Source: Candidatus Omnitrophota bacterium (GTDB taxonomy: Bacteria; Omnitrophota; Omnitrophia; Omnitrophales; Aquincolibacteriaceae). From it: 64,000 nucleotides of DNA. Each line of letters begins with the position of its first letter. The first letter of the stretch is position 1. The notes under the pieces are model-generated. The model saw only the letters and a program-made list of their open reading frames with translations. It searched no databases and was not told the DNA's origin. Location: assembly GCA_022709525.1 (NCBI GenBank), contig JAKLIQ010000011.1:6040-70039 (forward strand), written 5' to 3'. A program made the translations under genes and the position numbers. Shown here piece after piece: positions 57,809 to 64,000 of the stretch.

Positions 57809-57965
57809 GCAAAAATTACCCCGATTCACTTTTTCTTCCCACAATCCAATGTCATAAATTGGGTACTTTGTGACATCCAATAACCCATTCAACCTGCGGA
57901 CCTCGTAGACTTGTTATACAGGATTCCCGACACCATCTATACCCAAGCTCTAAGTTCGCTTAATT

Positions 57966-59759
57966 TTAAAGGCTCCCGAAATATGCTTTAATCTTTTGCG
58001 CCATAAGTTTACGTCGCTCTATTAGAAATTCGGGGTAATCTTCTAACGACATCTCCCCCATAATTTGAGGGATGCAGTGCATCTTTAGATTTTCTTTTAG
58101 CTCATTCTGCTCGGTAAGATTCCCATACCGTTTTTTCCCACCTTTGCATTGATCCAAAAGATGCCCGAAATAAACCCTGGGTTCCTTGTTCCCAATCGCT
58201 ATGTTGATCTCGCTTTGCGTCACTGCGTAATTGGCAATCTGATTATATTGCCCCCGACTCAAACCATTCTTTTTAAGACAGTCCTTCGGGAAAAGATGGT
58301 GAACATCGGACTTCACCTCAATGAGCTCACGAACCGTAATGTCACTTGAAAGGAACCCCTTGTCATTCATCTTGATTTGGGCAGCCAAAAAAACGCAAAA
58401 ATAGGGGCTCGTTGCCACGGAGGTGTCCATTTCTTGAGGAAGCGAAGCATTCCAAAAAGCATCAGATAGTTCACCAGCAATAATGGATTCCGAATAACTC
58501 TTGATCCCTTGCGCGTGAATCTGGCGTATGTCATAGTCAATCATGGACTCCGGCGACCCTGAATACCGACCCGTGAGGACCGACATAACAAACCAGCGGC
58601 GGACATATTTCTCTATATCCGCATCAGGCATATTCTGACTCCTTAAAGTCAAATACAGGATATAGGCAAAGTTAAGAACGTTCTGCGACCCGATCATCGA
58701 CGAATCAACGAAACCTGATGACCTAATAATCATGATGAATCGCTTGAAATGCGTTTCGTTCATGAACCGGGAAATACCTTGTTTTAACCGCTTAAAAGAA
58801 TCCTCCACGATCGTTTCTTCATATTGCTTTGTCTCAAAATTTCGACCGGAGAGCAAGGCAACAAGGTCTTGAAGTTTACCTCGTTTGAATTCGGAGGTAA
58901 AAGCTACGCGAAGCATATCGGTATAGGAGGGGTCATACAGATCATCGTTCTCCCGTTGCATCCAAGACAGCTGGGGAAAAAGCTCGCTACTGGTAAACAC
59001 AGTGTCTTCTTTGATGATCTTGTAAAAATCTGGAGCGACGGCTAGATGGCAAAAGTAGTCGATTGCTTTCCTCAAGGCATTACCACCGTACGTTTCGTTA
59101 ACTGCGATTTTTGACATAGCAAAATCTGCCTGGCTCAACGGGACTCCTTCAGAGTTCACGCGAATAAAGATCTCCGTAACTGTTTCTATGTCCAACTCTG
59201 AGGCAAGTTCAATCAAACCGATTTGATTGCTCGTGATGCCACGCAACAGTTCTAGGCTCCGAAAAACATCGTCCTTTTTAGACTCCGGGTTTTTCTCACA
59301 ATACTTATTCACCAATTCAAACATGCTGGTGTTTGGATCAAAAACAGCTGCAATATCGGGAATCCATGAAACATCTTTAGCGATTGCTGGGTTTGATACT
59401 TCAAATTGATTCTCGAGAGGGTGAAAAGCAATACGAATACGAACCTGCTGATAGTCCTTATTGATTACCTCACGTCCCAGAAGGGACGCCATAAGAGCCG
59501 TAATGCGCTGCTGCCCGTCAATCAGAATACGTTTCCCTGAAGAAGAGGTCCCATCTTTTAGTTTCACATCAGGATTTTTCCAGGCGATCAGATATCCTAT
59601 CGGAAAACCTTCAAATAGAGAGTCGAGAAGGTTTCTGACTTTTGTCGCATCCCATACAAATGGGCGCTGGATCTCAGGAATTGCAATCTCACCCGATTTG
59701 ATCCAAGTAAACAGCGTCTCAATCGGAGGTTGAGTGACAGAATATCGTTGAGTTGGCAT
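57966..59759 (-). CDS. GmrSD-like type IV (modification-dependent) restriction endonuclease (DUF262 N-terminus plus DUF1524 HNH-like C-terminus)
   Basis: N-terminus [45 protein letters not shown] (DUF262 / ParB-like DGQQR: [10 protein letters not shown]). C-terminus DVHHLFPKD (DUF1524 His-Me finger). Confidence 0.75.
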   Translation of the reverse strand: MPTQRYSVTQPPIETLFTWIKSGEIAIPEIQRPFVWDATKVRNLLDSLFEGFPIGYLIAWKNPDVKLKDGTSSSGKRILIDGQQRITALMASLLGREVINKDYQQVRIRIAFHPLENQFEVSNPAIAKDVSWIPDIAAVFDPNTSMFELVNKYCEKNPESKKDDVFRSLELLRGITSNQIGLIELASELDIETVTEIFIRVNSEGVPLSQADFAMSKIAVNETYGGNALRKAIDYFCHLAVAPDFYKIIKEDTVFTSSELFPQLSWMQRENDDLYDPSYTDMLRVAFTSEFKRGKLQDLVALLSGRNFETKQYEETIVEDSFKRLKQGISRFMNETHFKRFIMIIRSSGFVDSSMIGSQNVLNFAYILYLTLRSQNMPDADIEKYVRRWFVMSVLTGRYSGSPESMIDYDIRQIHAQGIKSYSESIIAGELSDAFWNASLPQEMDTSVATSPYFCVFLAAQIKMNDKGFLSSDITVRELIEVKSDVHHLFPKDCLKKNGLSRGQYNQIANYAVTQSEINIAIGNKEPRVYFGHLLDQCKGGKKRYGNLTEQNELKENLKMHCIPQIMGEMSLEDYPEFLIERRKLMAQKIKAYFGSL

Positions 59760-59883
59760 TAAACGCTCCTTATAGCTTTATTATTGCTCGATTACTTAAA
59801 GTAGTGCCCTCGATCGCATCACCCCATCGCCAATATTAATGACCATCAATATGATAAGCTCATCTCAATAATTTCAGCCATCC

Positions 59884-62800
59884 TTAAATCTTTCCACCAG
59901 AAATATCAAAAAATCGTTCAAAAAAGCGGGTCAGTTTCTCCAAAACACTCTCGCGTTTTTGGGAACGCTCTCCTCCCGGAGAAAAGCGTGATACAGGCGG
60001 CAAAACTTTGGCCAAAGCAGTGCCTGTTGTCGCAACACTGCCGTTACGAAACGCGTTTCGCACAAATTTATAGGTTTCGTCGTGATCGAGATTTTCGTGC
60101 TTAATAATCTCGTCCAGCTCCTCAATCTTTTTCTTTTCCACATACTTCTGCCAGTCTTCATCTACCACTGAATGGGCATCAAGCGAAGCAATAAACTGGT
60201 TGATGAGATCTTTTTTGTTACGCAGCTCAACACTTGAGTCAATTGCCTTGTTAATGTCAACGAGCAGCTCGCGATTCTTAATGTGGTCCTCGTGGTACTT
60301 TTTAACAAGCCCCAAAATATAATCGATGTTGATCTCGATCTGTTTGATCAGCTCCATTTCAAACACAATGTCATCGTTGATATTTTCTTTTTCGCCTTCA
60401 TCTGCCTTGCGAAACTCGTTATAGAGGTCAATGTAGATACTGTGATAATCTTGAATGCCCCGCTCGGTTAAAATTTCGTTGCCGCTAAATTCGTCGAAAG
60501 TCACCAAGATATTTCTCACCCGTAAAATTCCGCCGTAGAGCCTGATAAAATCCTTTTGATTTTGTTCCCCTATAATCCGCTCGCCAACTGGAAATTTCTC
60601 CAAAAGCTCTTTGACCAGACTGGTATACCCCCGGACCTCTCTGTCGCCATCTTTATAGCCGTTGTAGTACTCGTCATAGGTCTTTAAAAGCACAATCCCG
60701 CTGGCTTCTTTATCACCAAAAAGGGCTATGGATTCATTGGTCGCTTTTTCCAGATTGCGGAAGCAAACAATGTTCCCGAATGTTTTGACGGTGTTTAAGA
60801 TGCGGTTCGTGCGCGAGTACGCCTGCAACAAACCATGTAAGCGCAGGTTTTTGTCCACCCACAAGGTGTTAAGCGTTGTAGCGTCAAAACCGGTCAAAAA
60901 CATATTGACCACCAGCAGAATATCCACTTCCCGATTCTTCACCCGCTCGCTGACATCTTTGTAGTAATTCTGAAATTTATCGGAAGATGTGTCATAGGAT
61001 GTCCCAAACATAGCGTTATAGTCTTGGATGGCACCTTCAAGAAAATCCCTTGATCCTTTATCCAATCCGCTGGTGTCTTCGGAGTTTTCATCTGTCACGC
61101 CGTCGATTTCTTCCTCGTTAACGCCAAAGCTGTAAATAAGCGCTATTTTGAGTTTTTTATCGCTCGGCGCCTCTGCCAGCTGTTTTTTGAATTCCGCGTA
61201 GTATTTTTTGGCAACATCAATGGATGAAACGGCAAAAATAGAATTAAACCCCGCCAGCCTGCGATCCCTGAGCTTGTAAAAGCTGTTCCGTTTGGTTTTC
61301 TGATCGAAATGGTCACGGATATATCGGGCAATATTTGTCAAACGCTCTGGCGCGACAAGGGCAGCCTCGCGATCAATATCACGAACTTTCTTGTCTTCGA
61401 TATCCTCGGCTTCATGCACCGTGGAAACATAATCTACTTTGAAGGGCAAAACATTTTTATCGGCAATGGCATCCACAATGGTGTAGGTGTGTAATTTATC
61501 GCCAAAAGCCTGCTCGGTGGTCTTGAAATCGGGCCGTCCGCCTGAGGAGGCGTTCACGGCAAAGATGGGCGTACCGGTGAAGCCGAAAAGATGGTAGTTT
61601 TTAAACGCCTTAGTAATAGCGGCGTGCATTTCGCCAAACTGCGACCGGTGGCACTCATCAAAAATCAGGACGATATGACCGTCAAAGATCGTGTGTCCTT
61701 TATTCCGGCTAATAAACCGATCGAGCTTTTGGATCGTGGTAATAATGATCCGCGAGTTGGAGTCTTCGAGCTGCCGTTTTAATATCGCCGTACTGGTATT
61801 GCTATTGGCCGCGCCTTTCTCGAATTTGTCGTATTCTCGCATGGTCTGATAATCAAGGTCTTTGCGATCAACAACAAAAAGCACCTTGTCGACATAGGGC
61901 AATTTACTTACCAGTTGAGCGGTCTTGAAACTGGTCAAGGTTTTACCAGAGCCGGTAGTGTGCCAGATGTAACCGCCACCTCCCACGGTGCCCAGTTTTT
62001 TATAATTAGTACTGACCTCGATTCTGCTCAATATTTTCTCTGTCGCCACGATCTGATAAGGCCGCATTGCCAAAAGCTGTTTCTCGGTGGTAAACACGCA
62101 ATAGCGGGTGAGGATATTGAGAAGCACATGTTTGGCAAAAAAGGTTTTGGCAAAATCCACGAGATCGGTAATGGGCTTATTGGTTGCATCCGCCCACCAG
62201 CTTGTGAATTCAAAGCTGTTGCTGGTGCGTTTCCCTTTCCTGATAGCGCCTTCGCTTAATTCCTTGATGTGTTCTGAACGTGTGGTATTACTGTAATATT
62301 TGGTATGCGTGCCGTTGGAAATCACAAAGATCTGCACGTATTCAAAAAGCCCTGAGCCCGCCCAAAAACTCTCGCGCTGGTAACGGTTAATCTGATTGAA
62401 CGCTTCCTGAATCGCCACCCCCCGTCGCTTAAGCTCGATATGCACGAGCGGCAGGCCATTGACCAGCACCGTTACATCGTAGCGGTTGGCTCTTCGGCCT
62501 TCCTCGGTGGCGTATTGATTAATTACCTGTAAACTGTTTTCGTGGATTTTGTCTTTGCGGAGTAAATAAACATTTTTAACCGCTCCGTCGTCACGTTTTA
62601 GATTCTTAATGTAGTCTTCCTGAATAGTAGCTGTTTTTTCGGCAATGCTCTGATTGGGATTAGCAATCTCTCCGCCAAAAAACGCTTCCCATTCTGTATC
62701 GGAAAAGGTGAAGTTGTTCAGTTTCTCAAGTTGTTTTCGAAGGTTAAGAACAAGATCAGTTTCGGCGGCAATAGGCAAATACTCGTATGCCTGCGACTTT

Positions 62801-63039
62801 AACTGCTCGATAAAAGCGCGCTCTAATTCCGCCTCGCTCTGGTACGCTTTGGCAGTCCGGTATTCGGCAGCATATTCGGCTACCACTGTGCTTTGCGGGT
62901 TTTCCGCCACCAGCTTGTATTCTCTATTGCTTGGCATATTCTTTTTCCAATGGCTCGAAAGTAAGCAGTTTGCCTCGGTAGTATTCGTATTGCTTTCTTC
63001 GAGCATTAAGTTCCGCAGGCAAACCGGCTGACAAGTCAT
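59884..63039 (-). CDS. hsdR: Type I restriction enzyme R subunit HsdR
   Basis: 1051 aa. N-terminal nuclease region, SF2 helicase motifs TTGSGKT (motif I) and DECHRSQ (motif II), C-terminal HsdR domain. Confidence 0.85.
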   Translation of the reverse strand: MTCQPVCLRNLMLEESNTNTTEANCLLSSHWKKNMPSNREYKLVAENPQSTVVAEYAAEYRTAKAYQSEAELERAFIEQLKSQAYEYLPIAAETDLVLNLRKQLEKLNNFTFSDTEWEAFFGGEIANPNQSIAEKTATIQEDYIKNLKRDDGAVKNVYLLRKDKIHENSLQVINQYATEEGRRANRYDVTVLVNGLPLVHIELKRRGVAIQEAFNQINRYQRESFWAGSGLFEYVQIFVISNGTHTKYYSNTTRSEHIKELSEGAIRKGKRTSNSFEFTSWWADATNKPITDLVDFAKTFFAKHVLLNILTRYCVFTTEKQLLAMRPYQIVATEKILSRIEVSTNYKKLGTVGGGGYIWHTTGSGKTLTSFKTAQLVSKLPYVDKVLFVVDRKDLDYQTMREYDKFEKGAANSNTSTAILKRQLEDSNSRIIITTIQKLDRFISRNKGHTIFDGHIVLIFDECHRSQFGEMHAAITKAFKNYHLFGFTGTPIFAVNASSGGRPDFKTTEQAFGDKLHTYTIVDAIADKNVLPFKVDYVSTVHEAEDIEDKKVRDIDREAALVAPERLTNIARYIRDHFDQKTKRNSFYKLRDRRLAGFNSIFAVSSIDVAKKYYAEFKKQLAEAPSDKKLKIALIYSFGVNEEEIDGVTDENSEDTSGLDKGSRDFLEGAIQDYNAMFGTSYDTSSDKFQNYYKDVSERVKNREVDILLVVNMFLTGFDATTLNTLWVDKNLRLHGLLQAYSRTNRILNTVKTFGNIVCFRNLEKATNESIALFGDKEASGIVLLKTYDEYYNGYKDGDREVRGYTSLVKELLEKFPVGERIIGEQNQKDFIRLYGGILRVRNILVTFDEFSGNEILTERGIQDYHSIYIDLYNEFRKADEGEKENINDDIVFEMELIKQIEINIDYILGLVKKYHEDHIKNRELLVDINKAIDSSVELRNKKDLINQFIASLDAHSVVDEDWQKYVEKKKIEELDEIIKHENLDHDETYKFVRNAFRNGSVATTGTALAKVLPPVSRFSPGGERSQKRESVLEKLTRFFERFFDISGGKI

Positions 63040-63448
63040 TCACCAACGCGTCGAATTTATTGAGAATCGTAGCGATGCGTTCTTGTTCTTCGACCGGAGG
63101 AACACTTATTTGCACTCCCTCTAACTTGCCAACAGCAAGGCCAGGTTGAGCGGATTTAGATGCATACTGATTTAGATTCATCAGTGTGAGCATATGAAAT
63201 GCCCAATCGATATTAACATCGTCGTTGCGGGCAACAACCACCGCATGTTCTGTAGCGTAAAACTTTCCGCGAGTGCGTTGCACATTGCCACAAAGCGCGC
63301 CTTGTCGTCCAATAATCAAATAGTTTCCATCGTGGCTGTAACTTTTAACAAAGCCGCGGACCCCATTTCCACCAAAACACGGATATGGATAACATTCGTT
63401 CTCTTCATTTGCGATTTTGATGGCGGGAATATGCTGACCTGCACGCAT
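62924..63448 (-). CDS. hsdS: hsdS distal half (second target-recognition domain plus C-terminal conserved region). Currently in a different frame from the upstream half and would be fused by a change in SSR copy number
   Basis: The ORF2 frame (lowest codon coordinate 2 mod 3) is open upstream through ...A-R-W-A-T-L-G-E-I-F-N-M... up to the repeat; ARWATLGEI matches the canonical start of a TRD. Conserved ...RRKQYEYYRGKLLTF... region. Confidence 0.75.
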   Translation of the reverse strand: MRAGQHIPAIKIANEENECYPYPCFGGNGVRGFVKSYSHDGNYLIIGRQGALCGNVQRTRGKFYATEHAVVVARNDDVNIDWAFHMLTLMNLNQYASKSAQPGLAVGKLEGVQISVPPVEEQERIATILNKFDALVNDLSAGLPAELNARRKQYEYYRGKLLTFEPLEKEYAKQ

Positions 63449-63462
63449 ATTAAATATCTCTC

Positions 63463-64000
<538 letters not shown>

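Overview
This 64-kb bacterial chromosomal window has an unusual density of tRNA, tmRNA and T4P genes and is coded almost entirely on the minus strand. GC is about 55-58% through most of it, and the rightmost ~8 kb look AT-richer (not computed).

- **Giant gene (1..17963, minus strand).** One uninterrupted ORF starts at GTG 17963 with a good Shine-Dalgarno and a signal peptide, and runs off the left edge of the window, so at least 5,987 aa are visible. Its distal ~10 kb is more than 25 diverged tandem repeats of about 270-300 bp (about 90-100 aa each), every unit ending in a YQW[ST] motif. A ~360-bp extremely AT-rich region lies directly upstream.
- **Housekeeping block (18.3-27 kb).** This covers def, an ACT-domain protein, AsmA, an SNase-like protein, the CCA-adding enzyme, RmuC and RNase G.
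- **Complete type IV pilus locus (27.1-37.5 kb).** It encodes PilQ, PilP, PilO, PilN, PilM, a major pilin with its own terminator, PilC, two tandem GspE/PilB ATPases and a stand-alone MshEN-type N-domain protein.
- **Repair and lipid genes.** These are an HhH-GPD DNA glycosylase, LigT, CinA, a PgsA-PgpA fusion and RimO.
- **RNA-gene cluster (42.3-49.3 kb).** It holds tRNA-Asp, tRNA-Val(TAC) with a degenerate second Val copy carrying a double-hairpin insertion, a tmRNA (ssrA) with SmpB nearby, tRNA-Leu(CAG) with an 18-nt duplication of its 3' end, and tRNA-Val(CAC). A roughly 450-bp structured non-coding region of unknown identity sits here too.
- **Other core genes.** These are a LOG-family protein, a J-domain protein, EF-P, YfiH/PgeF, a large putative glycoside-hydrolase-like lipoprotein and a DD-carboxypeptidase with a peptidoglycan-binding domain.
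- **Probable integrated defence island (about 53.9 kb to beyond 64 kb).** It begins at a tRNA-like T-arm/acceptor fragment and contains:
  - a tyrosine integrase and two AlpA/excisionase-like HTH genes;
  - a three-gene operon of uncharacterised proteins (DUF4912-like, DUF2934-like, small wHTH-like) preceded by a perfect 14-bp palindrome;
  - a GmrSD-like (DUF262/DUF1524) type IV restriction enzyme;
  - a type I R-M system (hsdR plus hsdS running off the window). The hsdS gene is split by a (CAAG)21 tetranucleotide repeat that sets the reading frame between its two target-recognition domains. This is a textbook phase-variation switch. A second 12-bp (ELEA)x3 repeat lies in the S-subunit spacer region.

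The giant secreted repeat protein, the phase-variable hsdS and the uncharacterised DUF operon inside the island are the best candidates for something new.
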